Shown here piece after piece: positions 39,905 through 48,319 of a stretch of DNA of 64,000 nt. Numbering within the stretch: position 1 is the first letter of the stretch; every line of letters begins with the position of its first letter. Below the pieces are notes generated by a model that saw only the letters and a list, made by a program, of their open reading frames with translations, was not told the origin of the DNA and searched no databases. The DNA is taken from positions 42,739 to 106,738 of the forward strand of contig JBBCKI010000068.1 of the NCBI GenBank assembly GCA_037190965.1, given 5' to 3'. A program made the translations under genes and the position numbers. This stretch comes from Chthoniobacteraceae bacterium. Lineage in GTDB: Bacteria > Verrucomicrobiota > Verrucomicrobiia > Chthoniobacterales > Chthoniobacteraceae.

Positions 39905-40654
39905 TTAGCCTGCGCGATGGGCGCGAAGGATTACGCTGGTGGTGAAAAGGGAAAAACCGATGACGGAGAAGAAGAAGAGGATGTCCCGGGAATCGAGCAC
40001 CCCTTTCTGCAACCCGATGGAATGGGTCATCACGCTGAAGGATGCGATCGTCTCCACCAGCCACGGGCTTGCCCAGCGAACTAGCATGTCGGTGACGGGG
40101 GGCCATCCCGCGAGAATGAGAAAGAGGCAGACAACCACGGAAACGATGAAACTGACCACCTGGTTGCGCGTCATTGCCGAGGTCATCGCCGTGATGGCCA
40201 AATAGGTCCCCGCCAGCAGGAAGCTCCCGAGGTAGCCCGCGAAGATGATGCCGTTATCGGGCTGGCCGAGCGAGTTCACCGTGATCACCATCGGAAACGT
40301 CAGGAGGAGGGCGATCCCAAGCACCGCCCACGCCGCCAGGAATTTGCCGACAATCGCCTGCCACGGGGTGATCGGCATCGTCATCAGCAGCTCAATAGTG
40401 CCGAGTCGCCGTTCTTCCGACCACATCCGCATCCCGACTGCCGGGACAAGGAAGAGGTATAGCCACGGGTGCCAGGTAAAGAAGCGGTCGAGCCGTGCTT
40501 CTCCCGCGCTGAACCAACCCGCCGCCATGAAGGTGAAGAAGCCGGATAGCAGCAGGAAGATCACGATGAAGACATACGCAACCGGCGAGGAAAAGAATCC
40601 CGCCACCTCGCGTTTGGTGATCGTCCAGATATTGCGAAGAGCCGTTGCGTTCAT
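39905..40654 (-). CDS. GldF-like ABC-2 permease
   Basis: FSSPVAYV, MRMWSEERRLGTIELL and GKFLA motifs. Confidence 0.92.
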   Translation of the reverse strand: MNATALRNIWTITKREVAGFFSSPVAYVFIVIFLLLSGFFTFMAAGWFSAGEARLDRFFTWHPWLYLFLVPAVGMRMWSEERRLGTIELLMTMPITPWQAIVGKFLAAWAVLGIALLLTFPMVITVNSLGQPDNGIIFAGYLGSFLLAGTYLAITAMTSAMTRNQVVSFIVSVVVCLFLILAGWPPVTDMLVRWASPWLVETIASFSVMTHSIGLQKGVLDSRDILFFFSVIGFSLFTTSVILRAHRAG

Positions 40655-41625
40655 GCCGCCTCCTTCGTTTTCTCCGCGGAGCGGTCGCCCAGCGTGATGC
40701 TTCGGAAAACCTCGTCCAGTCGTCCCTCCTCGGTGTGGAGTTCCTCCACCGTCCAGCCTTCGCGGGCGGCCAGTTGGGAGATGGCGCGTGCCAATTCGCC
40801 GTCAGGAGAGCCGTCTCGGCATCCCTTGGCCCGGAGGGCAAGGGGGTCGAGAATCATCGCGCTCTCCACGCCCGGCAACGAGCGGATCTTCGCGGCGAGC
40901 GCCTCGGGCGACGGCGCGCCTTTTTCGGATAGCCGCAACGTAACTGCGCCTGCGTTTGCGGAACGGCGTTTCAGATCGCGCGGCGTGCCATTGGCAACCA
41001 CCTGCCCCCGGTCGATGATGATCGCGCGGGAGCAGACCGCCTCGACTTCCTCAAGAATATGCGTGGAGAAGATGATCGCCTTCTTCTCGCCCATCGTGCG
41101 GATGAGCGTGCGGACTTCGTGCTTCTGGTTCGGGTCGAGCCCGTCGGTCGGCTCATCGAGGATGAGGACTTCGGGATCGTGGATGATCGACTGCGCGAAA
41201 CAGGTCCGGTGCCGGTATCCCTTGGAAAGCGTCTCGATGCTCTGCTGGAGGACCGGCTCCAGGAAACACATCTCCACGGCTCGATGGATCGCTTTGTTGA
41301 GCGAACTGCCGGAGAGACCCCGGAGTTCCGCCGCGAAGCGGAGAAAACCGCCCACGGTCATATCGCCGTAGGAGGGGGCGTTTTCCGGGAGATAGCCGAT
41401 CAACCGCTTCGCGGCAAGCGGCTCCTCTTCCACATTGTATCCTCCCACCGTGACGTCGCCGTCGCTCGGAGGGATGAAGCCGGTGATCATGCGCATGGTC
41501 GTCGACTTTCCAGCGCCATTGGGGCCAAGAAAACCGAGCACCTCGCCTTTTTCGACCGAGAAGGAAACGCCGTCGACGGCGATCTTCGGTCCGAAATGCT
41601 TTCTAAGGTTTCGAACGTTTATCAT
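40651..41625 (-). CDS. GldA-like ABC ATPase
   Basis: GPNGAGKST, LSKGYRHR, LDEPTDGLDP and STHIL motifs. Confidence 0.94.
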   Translation of the reverse strand: MINVRNLRKHFGPKIAVDGVSFSVEKGEVLGFLGPNGAGKSTTMRMITGFIPPSDGDVTVGGYNVEEEPLAAKRLIGYLPENAPSYGDMTVGGFLRFAAELRGLSGSSLNKAIHRAVEMCFLEPVLQQSIETLSKGYRHRTCFAQSIIHDPEVLILDEPTDGLDPNQKHEVRTLIRTMGEKKAIIFSTHILEEVEAVCSRAIIIDRGQVVANGTPRDLKRRSANAGAVTLRLSEKGAPSPEALAAKIRSLPGVESAMILDPLALRAKGCRDGSPDGELARAISQLAAREGWTVEELHTEEGRLDEVFRSITLGDRSAEKTKEAA

Positions 41626-41760
41626 GCCTTTGGGAAAGGCGACCGTTCAAGGACCGGGGGTAGTGTTTCTCAAGGGGTCCCGGTCTTTGGGACGCCAGTG
41701 AGCGTTTTCGACACGGCTCTTTCGGGAACGTTCAAAAAATTCCGAGAAATTTTTGGGAGC

Positions 41761-41792
41761 AAAAAAAACGCCCCGCCTGGACGCGGGGCGTT
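41761..41792 (-). terminator. Intrinsic terminator after nuoA
   Basis: Stem aacgccccgc/gcggggcgtt with an 8-T tract on the minus strand. Confidence 0.8.
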
Positions 41793-41817
41793 CTAAAAAA
41801 GTGGGGTGCCGAAGCGC

Positions 41818-42195
41818 TTAGTTTTTCCAGTCCAAAACGCCTTTTTTGATGGCATAAGCGTATCCGACGGTGAGGATGCCCACGAAGCTGAGCATGCTCC
41901 AGAGAATCACGAGCGATTTGCTTTCGGCGATGAAGTCGCGGAACACCAAGGCCCATGGATACATGAAGACCACTTCCAGATCGAAGAGGATGAAGAGCAT
42001 TGCCACGAGGTAGAACTTCACCGCAAAGCGAGGCTGGCCGCTGATTTCGGGCAGCATGCCGCACTCGTAGGGAGTATCTTTCGTGGCGTTGCGGCGACCG
42101 GCTTTGCCGAGAACCACGCTGAGAATCAGCGCGGATGCGGCAAAGCCGATCGCGACGACGACCTGGAGCAGGATAGGGAGATAATCTTTTAACAT
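41818..42195 (-). CDS. nuoA: NADH-quinone oxidoreductase subunit A
   Basis: PYECG and KFYLVAMLFILFDLEVVFMYPWA motifs; KKGVLDW at the C-terminus. Confidence 0.96.
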   Translation of the reverse strand: MLKDYLPILLQVVVAIGFAASALILSVVLGKAGRRNATKDTPYECGMLPEISGQPRFAVKFYLVAMLFILFDLEVVFMYPWALVFRDFIAESKSLVILWSMLSFVGILTVGYAYAIKKGVLDWKN

Positions 42196-42244
42196 GACCC
42201 GTGCTGGTTAAGCGGGTTGGGTTTGCCAGGTTGTATGCGGCTGT

Positions 42245-42580
42245 TTACGCAACTGCGGCGGCCGGGGCGGCTGGAGCAGCGGGATCGGCAGCGGGCGTTG
42301 CCGGCGTTTGCATGGAGGCCAGGGCAGCCAGGCCACGGTACTTTTTGCCGGTCTTTTTGACCATGCCCCGAGCTACCAAATTTTGCAGCTTTTCATAGGC
42401 CCGCAGACGAAGCATCTCCTCGCCTCCGCTGGCGGCGTTTCTTGCGCGCAGGTTTTCATGCACGATATCGAACAGCTGCTTGAATTCGAAAGAGCTTTTG
42501 CGCGAAAGCACGCTAACCAACTCTTCCGTCACAAGGTCGGGAAGGCGGCGCGAAAAAGCAGTTTTCTTCTGAATAGGCAT
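42245..42580 (-). CDS. Small basic hypothetical protein, possible winged helix
   Basis: LRAYEKLQNLVARGMVKKTGKKYR followed by an Ala/Pro tail. Confidence 0.75.
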   Translation of the reverse strand: MPIQKKTAFSRRLPDLVTEELVSVLSRKSSFEFKQLFDIVHENLRARNAASGGEEMLRLRAYEKLQNLVARGMVKKTGKKYRGLAALASMQTPATPAADPAAPAAPAAAVA

Positions 42581-42645
42581 AGAATTGCACTATAACAGCT
42601 TTTCTGCGAATCACGAATGGAAAATTCGGGCAATACAAATTTTCA

Positions 42646-44487
42646 TTAATCGGGCGAGCCGGGCTTGTCGGATGCAGGCTCTTGCGTCGAAGTCGAAATT
42701 GGAGGCTGAGGCGCCTTCGGTGTCTGAGGGCGCGATCTTGGCACGCCGGGGATATTGGGCTTCCCGAAGCCCGGCAACTGCATCTTGCCCTGCATGGCGG
42801 GCACGAGGGCCGCGCCGCCGAGGGCACCGATTCCGATCCCGCCCTGCGAGAATGTCACGGTGCCGGTGCTCTCCCCAAAAAAGCCGTCTTCGGTCTGCGA
42901 AGAGGAAAAGACGGTGGGGAGAAGGTGTTTGCTGATCGGTTCGGTCGTTGGCAGCTTCGCGACATCCACATAGGTTGCCGCCTGGGGAACGAACGCCGCC
43001 CACATCATGGCAGCCGGGCGAAGCGATCCGTAAACACGTTCAAAAATGGCTTTCGAATCGACATAACCGAGGACGGAGCCTGGCTTGGCGACGGTGGCGA
43101 GGGCGCTTTCGTAGGTCGGCGTGGTCGCGAGGGTCTTTCCGGTGGCGCCGGCGGCGGTCTTTGCCACGGCGGCCTTGACGCCCGCGAGGTCGATCCCCAG
43201 GAGCACGTGCTTCTCCGTAAGGGCAACGGTTGGCGAAATGGCGAACATCCCCTCTTTCGAGGGCGCGGACCAATAGGTTGCGTCTCCCGCTTCCTGCTTG
43301 TTCCAGCCGGCGCAGCAGGTTTCCACAATCTTGCGCGCCAAGGCGGCATCGCGAACCTCCGTGGTAATAGCGACGGTTGGGGATAGAGCCGAGGCAGGCC
43401 AATCGGAGATGATGCTGAACTCCGGTCCCATCGCGGCTTTGAATTCCGCTCCGCCGATTCCCTGCTGGCTGAGTTGGCCGGAGATCGACTGAAGGGCGTT
43501 GAGGAATCCGCTGGGATCAGCCGCGGCATTGGGGGCTTCCCATTTCTCCGGCAGGACTGGAGCGAAAGCATAATAGAAGAGCGTTTCCGGAGAGGTCAGC
43601 GCGAGAGTGCCGCCGCTTAGGGTAGGGGTCCGGGCGGCATTAGGGCTTAGAATAAAGTAGCTATCCCGAATGCGCTCTCCCTCAAACCGGGTGGTCGCGG
43701 CAAAGGCCTTCATTTTCCGGATCTCTTCAACCTGCGCGGCATCCACCGGCTTCCCTGAGACGGCCGCCAGCGCCACGATCCGGTCAACCAGAGCGTCGAC
43801 TTTGGCGAAGACGCGGAATTCCGGATCCTGCGAAAGGCGGGCAAGGCTCTTGCGGTAGACTTCGCCGTCGGCGAGTGCTTTTTCCTGCGTCTCTCCGGAG
43901 AAGCGGTCCAGAGTGGCTTTCAGAAGATCGATGTTATTGGCGACCAGATACCAGTTCCCGGCAAAGGCTCCGGCAACGGTAATATCTCTATCGCTGAAGC
44001 TTTCGATCTCGAAGTTCTTGTACTTTACGAGATCGGCTTTTCCACCGGGCGAGGCGGCGTGGGCCTGCGTCTTGGCTTTGGCGACCAGCGCTTCGACTTC
44101 GCCTCGAGGGCCGCTGAAGGCGAGCCCACCCACGACTTTGGGCATGTTGTTTTCGATCCCGGCGAGCGAGATGAACGCGCTCCGGGCGTCCGCCTGGCGG
44201 AGATGGGTTTTCACCGATTCCCACGTTTCATTGGTGGGGATCTGGGTGCGCGGACGTTCCAGGAAGGCCTGTACCTCCGGTTCGTGGATGATTTTCCAGA
44301 GCGAAGTCTCCCGCCAGCGGGCTCCGCTCGCCTTGAAGTCGGGGAACTCGGCAAACGCCATGGTCTCCTCAGAGACGAGTTGCGCCGCCGAAAGGGCCGA
44401 GCCGCCGCGCTTTTTCCACGTCAACAAGCCGATGGCGGCACCACCTGCCACGCCAACCGCTACGATTGTGAGAACTGCCTTTTTCAT
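42646..44487 (-). CDS. Hypothetical membrane-anchored protein (DUF3352-like)
   Basis: N-terminal anchor MKKAVLTIVAVG, alpha/beta body and Pro-rich tail. The ORF-track 5' extension reads through a repeat. Confidence 0.75.
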   Translation of the reverse strand: MKKAVLTIVAVGVAGGAAIGLLTWKKRGGSALSAAQLVSEETMAFAEFPDFKASGARWRETSLWKIIHEPEVQAFLERPRTQIPTNETWESVKTHLRQADARSAFISLAGIENNMPKVVGGLAFSGPRGEVEALVAKAKTQAHAASPGGKADLVKYKNFEIESFSDRDITVAGAFAGNWYLVANNIDLLKATLDRFSGETQEKALADGEVYRKSLARLSQDPEFRVFAKVDALVDRIVALAAVSGKPVDAAQVEEIRKMKAFAATTRFEGERIRDSYFILSPNAARTPTLSGGTLALTSPETLFYYAFAPVLPEKWEAPNAAADPSGFLNALQSISGQLSQQGIGGAEFKAAMGPEFSIISDWPASALSPTVAITTEVRDAALARKIVETCCAGWNKQEAGDATYWSAPSKEGMFAISPTVALTEKHVLLGIDLAGVKAAVAKTAAGATGKTLATTPTYESALATVAKPGSVLGYVDSKAIFERVYGSLRPAAMMWAAFVPQAATYVDVAKLPTTEPISKHLLPTVFSSSQTEDGFFGESTGTVTFSQGGIGIGALGGAALVPAMQGKMQLPGFGKPNIPGVPRSRPQTPKAPQPPISTSTQEPASDKPGSPD

Positions 44488-44704
44488 GAAAGAGTGGGGG
44501 AATCTATCGCGTTTTTGGAATTTATCCTCTTTTTCCGTGTCCGGCGCCAATGGTCCGGCAAACCGCAGGTTGCCCCTGATCGCTGAAACTCCGGGGCGAG
44601 ACAAGAAAAAACGGCGCTTGCTGCCGGGGGAAGAGTCTCGCGCCAAGCACGCAGAGTACGCATAGAAGAATAAGGGCGGGCGCGACGGGGAAGTTATGAA
44701 AGAT

Positions 44705-44864
44705 GGTGCGGGAGCACCGGTAGCCGCTCGCGCCGCCGAGCGCGGGTATCGACTCCCGTGGCTCCATGAAAGCCGCATCCCGACATCTGCAGCCCGTCCT
44801 GCGGGGATGGACGTCAAACGTGACTCGTAGTCCCATCCCGCGCTCTCGGCGAGAGCGGGCTACC
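44705..44864 (-). repeat. REPIN-like element family F, copy 4
   Basis: ggtgcgggagcacc-ggtagccgctcgcgccgccgagcgcggg...cctgcggggatg...cccgcgctctcggcgagagcgggctacc. Confidence 0.9.
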
Positions 44865-45002
44865 TTTCTTCAATCACGCAACCGGACGCTGACCTGGCGG
44901 ACGGCGTTCTTGGCGCGAAACCTTTCACCGACGCCCTATTTCCCCGACCGGACGCTTTTTTGCACTTTGCACTTCGGGAGCAACGCTCCATTGTCCCCTC
45001 CT

Positions 45003-45605
45003 GTGATCACATTTCTGGAAGGTACGCTGGCGGAAGCGCTCCCCACGCAGATCGTCGTCAACGTCCACGGCGTCGGCTATGAAGTGCTTATTCCGCTCTC
45101 CAGCTACGACAAGCTCCCGGTTGTCGGGAAACCGGTTAAAATTCTGACGCATCTCCAGGTGCGGGAAGACGCGCACCTTCTCTATGGGTTCATGACCCCT
45201 GCTGAGCGCGATCTCTTCCGGCTGCTAGTCAACCATGTTTCCGGCATCGGCCCGAAGCTCGCGATGGCGGTGCTCGCGGGAATGAGCGTGGTCAACTTCA
45301 AGGCGGCGGTGGTCAATTCGGACACCGGGCTGATCGCCAAGATTTCCGGCATCGGCAAAAAGACTGCCGAACGGATCGTTCTGGAGCTTAAAGATAAAGT
45401 AGGCGTGGCGGCGGCCTGGGAGGCGGCCTCGGCCCAGCACACTCCAAATGCAGAGGAAGTGCGTATCAATGACGCGGTTCTGGCGCTGATCTCCCTGGGA
45501 TACAAACAGGTGGATGCTCATAAAGCAGTCAAACAGGCATTCACGGCCGGTCCCGCAGCCGCCGTCGAAGACCTCGTGCGTCACGCTCTTAAACTTCTAA
45601 TCTGA
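45003..45605 (+). CDS. ruvA: Holliday junction branch migration protein RuvA
   Basis: GTG start; VHGVGYEV, VREDA..LYGF, SGIGPKLA, GIGKKTAERI and ALISLGY motifs. Confidence 0.96.
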   Translation: MITFLEGTLAEALPTQIVVNVHGVGYEVLIPLSSYDKLPVVGKPVKILTHLQVREDAHLLYGFMTPAERDLFRLLVNHVSGIGPKLAMAVLAGMSVVNFKAAVVNSDTGLIAKISGIGKKTAERIVLELKDKVGVAAAWEAASAQHTPNAEEVRINDAVLALISLGYKQVDAHKAVKQAFTAGPAAAVEDLVRHALKLLI

Positions 45606-46936
45606 TGATAGTGGACAAAATTGAAAAGACTCGGGCGATCCGTGAAGCGGTCCCTCAGGAAGGGCTCTTTGCGGAGAAAGAGTGGCTGATTTCGCCCGAA
45701 CCGTTCCCGGTTTCTTCCGCCTTTGCCGACGAGTTGGAGAAGCTTGGCCACCGGCTTCACCTTTTTCTCAAGGCCTGCAATCAACTTTACTTCGCCAGCG
45801 TTAAGGGAAAGCAGCCGCGCTGGATCGCCGAGCTGCTAGATCGGGGCAAACCGCCGGAACTGATCGAGCTTTCACGGAAGCTGCGAGAAGAGTTGCCTGC
45901 CGTGATCCGCCCCGATCTCATCCTGACCCAGGAGGGGTTCACTATTGCCGAACTCGACAGCGTCCCCGGCGGGATCGGCCTCACGGCCTGGTTGAGCGAG
46001 CGTTACACCGGTCTCGGTTACGAGGTGCTCGGGGGCGGTGGGGGAATGCTGGAAGGCTTCCGCTCCATCACGCCGGACGGTGCGGAAATCATCGTCTCCG
46101 AAGAAGCGGCGACTTACGCCCCGGAGATGCGCTGGTTGGCAGGGGAACTCAATGCGCGCTTTGCTCCTGCCCGGCAGGCCCAGTGGTGCGTGCATGAGGT
46201 GACGGGAAACACCCCGCCGCAGTCGCTGCCGCTTCGGAACAAAAACGTCTATCGTTTTTTTGAACTCTTCGATCTCGCCAATGTCCCCGTCGCTCCGGGG
46301 TTGATGGCGGGGGCTGCGGGGGGGGATCTCCGTGTCACGCCACCATTCAAGCCATTCCTCGAGGAGAAACTCTGGTTTGCTCTCTTCTGGCTGCGGCCCT
46401 TGCGCGAGTTTTGGCGTCGGGAATTGACTGAGCGTCATTTCCTCAAATTGCAGGAAGCCATCCCCTATACTTGGCTGGTCGATCCCGAGCCGCTGCCGCC
46501 GCACGCCGTCCTGCCGGGACTGGAGGTCAATGATTGGGGCGAGGTGGCTTCGTTCTCCCAAAAACAGCGCGAGTTGATCCTGAAGATCAGCGGGTTCTCG
46601 GAGCTTGCCTGGGGGAGCCGCGGCGTTCATATGGCGTCGGATCTTTCGCAGCAGGATTGGCGGGAGGCATTGGAGACGGCGCTGGCGAGCTACGGAAAGC
46701 ACCCGTACCTCTTGCAGCGGTTTCACAAGGGTCGGCTTGTCCGGCAACCTTTTGTCGATGGCGCGGAGCAATTGCAGACGATGGAGGGCCGGGTACGGTT
46801 TTGCCCCTACTATTTCCTCGAGGAGGGCAAAGCCCAGCTCCGTGGCGCGCTCGCCACGGTTTGCCCCGCCGACAAGAAGCTGCTCCACGGAATGCGGGAC
46901 GCGATCCTGGTTCCGGCGGCGGTGGTGGAAGGGTGA
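45605..46936 (+). CDS. Circularly permuted ATP-grasp/glutathionylspermidine-synthase-like ligase
   Basis: IRPDL..FTIAELDSVPGG, LILK, GSRGV and YLLQRF motifs; TGATG overlap with ruvA. Confidence 0.7.
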   Translation: MIVDKIEKTRAIREAVPQEGLFAEKEWLISPEPFPVSSAFADELEKLGHRLHLFLKACNQLYFASVKGKQPRWIAELLDRGKPPELIELSRKLREELPAVIRPDLILTQEGFTIAELDSVPGGIGLTAWLSERYTGLGYEVLGGGGGMLEGFRSITPDGAEIIVSEEAATYAPEMRWLAGELNARFAPARQAQWCVHEVTGNTPPQSLPLRNKNVYRFFELFDLANVPVAPGLMAGAAGGDLRVTPPFKPFLEEKLWFALFWLRPLREFWRRELTERHFLKLQEAIPYTWLVDPEPLPPHAVLPGLEVNDWGEVASFSQKQRELILKISGFSELAWGSRGVHMASDLSQQDWREALETALASYGKHPYLLQRFHKGRLVRQPFVDGAEQLQTMEGRVRFCPYYFLEEGKAQLRGALATVCPADKKLLHGMRDAILVPAAVVEG

Positions 46937-46975
46937 ACCTGAACTCCGGGTAATCGGTTCTTCGCTGTTTTCAGT

Positions 46976-47136
46976 GGTGCGGCAGCACCGGTAGCACGCT
47001 CGCGCCGTGGAGCGCGGGTATCGGCTTTCGTGGCCTCATGAAGTCCGCCATTCCAATACCAGCAGCTTATCCCGCGGGATGGGCACCAAACGCGACTTTT
47101 CATCGATCCCGCGCTCGACGGCGCGAGCGGTCCATC
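46976..47136 (-). repeat. REPIN-like element family F, copy 5
   Basis: ggtgcggcagcacc-ggtagcacgctcgcgccgtggagcgcggg...cccgcgctcgacggcgcgagcgg. Confidence 0.88.
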
Positions 47137-47163
47137 TCGAGTTCGAGTTGAACGGAGCGGCTC

Positions 47164-47985
47164 TCAAAAATCGTCCAACGCATTCCGCAACGCGGCGATG
47201 CGGCGGTTTCGCTCCGCGCCGGAAATATAATCGGTGCGAATCGACCACCAGACGCGGCTGATGCCCGAAGGGGGCTCAAGTCGGCGGCGGAGCTGCGAGA
47301 AAATCGGTCCTTCGCGGGAATCTCCGTTGCGGTAATGGCTTAAAAAGTGGGTGACGGCGGCAAGCCAGTGGGCAAGGCCGCCCGCGCCGGAGTAGCCCGA
47401 ATATCCCATCATGCTCTGGAAAACCACCAGCAGATCGTCGGCGTGCCGGTCCGCCTCCGACATGCCGGGTTGGTGGGCGAGCTCGAAATCGATGAGTCGC
47501 GCGCGGCAGGTTTCCTTGTCGAAGACAAAATTGCCGAGGTGCGGATCCCCATGCGACCAGCACCCGCCGAGCGTCGCGCAGGGGAGCCCGTGAGCGCGTT
47601 TCAACTCCCGCGCCGCCGCTGCCAGCATCTCTTTGCTGAGTCGGCCTTCCCGGGCGGGGTCTTCCAGGACAATGCCCGGTAGCTGCTCCGCCCATACGGT
47701 ATTGTCTCCAACCGCGAACGCGCGGAATCCTTCCTCCTCATGCAGCAACCGGAAGGAGTCGATCTCCCACCGTTGCCATTCTCCGGGGTTGGCCCAGACG
47801 ATTACCGGGTTCTCCGCTGCACGAAAAAAAGTGTTCGCAAAAAGAATGACGGCATGGCTCCACCTCCGGCGATGCTTCACCCAGAAGATGCGGCCATCCC
47901 GGCTTTTGCGTCCCATATGATTGATCCGGATGGCATCGATAATGCCGCCTGTGGCCTGAACAAAGTTTGCCATGGAGGCCGCCAT
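47164..47985 (-). CDS. Protein-kinase-like (APH/Kdo/RIO-type) phosphotransferase
   Basis: WVK lysine, HGDPHLGN catalytic loop and LIDFE. Start position uncertain. Confidence 0.75.
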   Translation of the reverse strand: MAASMANFVQATGGIIDAIRINHMGRKSRDGRIFWVKHRRRWSHAVILFANTFFRAAENPVIVWANPGEWQRWEIDSFRLLHEEEGFRAFAVGDNTVWAEQLPGIVLEDPAREGRLSKEMLAAAARELKRAHGLPCATLGGCWSHGDPHLGNFVFDKETCRARLIDFELAHQPGMSEADRHADDLLVVFQSMMGYSGYSGAGGLAHWLAAVTHFLSHYRNGDSREGPIFSQLRRRLEPPSGISRVWWSIRTDYISGAERNRRIAALRNALDDF

Positions 47986-48319
47986 TGTGGCCGGTGGGTG
48001 GAAATCCTGCAAGGGGGTCCTTCAATTTACAGACATGGAAGCTGCGGCGGCGCGGTGGCTGTAAATAACGACGCAATCTCGAACGATGTCAGGGTATCCC
48101 CGATGGTTTGAACCGGTAGAAAACGGATTGAAACCCGATTCTCAAGACATTAAAAAAGATTTTAATGAACTTTGCGTAAATTGTTGGGTTTAAGGCTTTT
48201 CGGAAATTCTTTCGTTGAGCTTTGGCGGTGTCTTGGGATAGGTTTTCGCCCTTGGCCGGATTCAGCCTTTTGCGTTGATCTCCTGCTTCCCCTTCCGATA
48301 CCGGGCTGAAAATGTTTCC

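Noticed and set aside
44488..45002. ORF-track N-terminal extensions of ruvA and the DUF3352-like gene (similarly ptsN and glgA at 25119-25415)
   Set aside because: They only read through intergenic repeats upstream of the motif-supported starts, unlike the genuinely internal 12938-13120 insertion.
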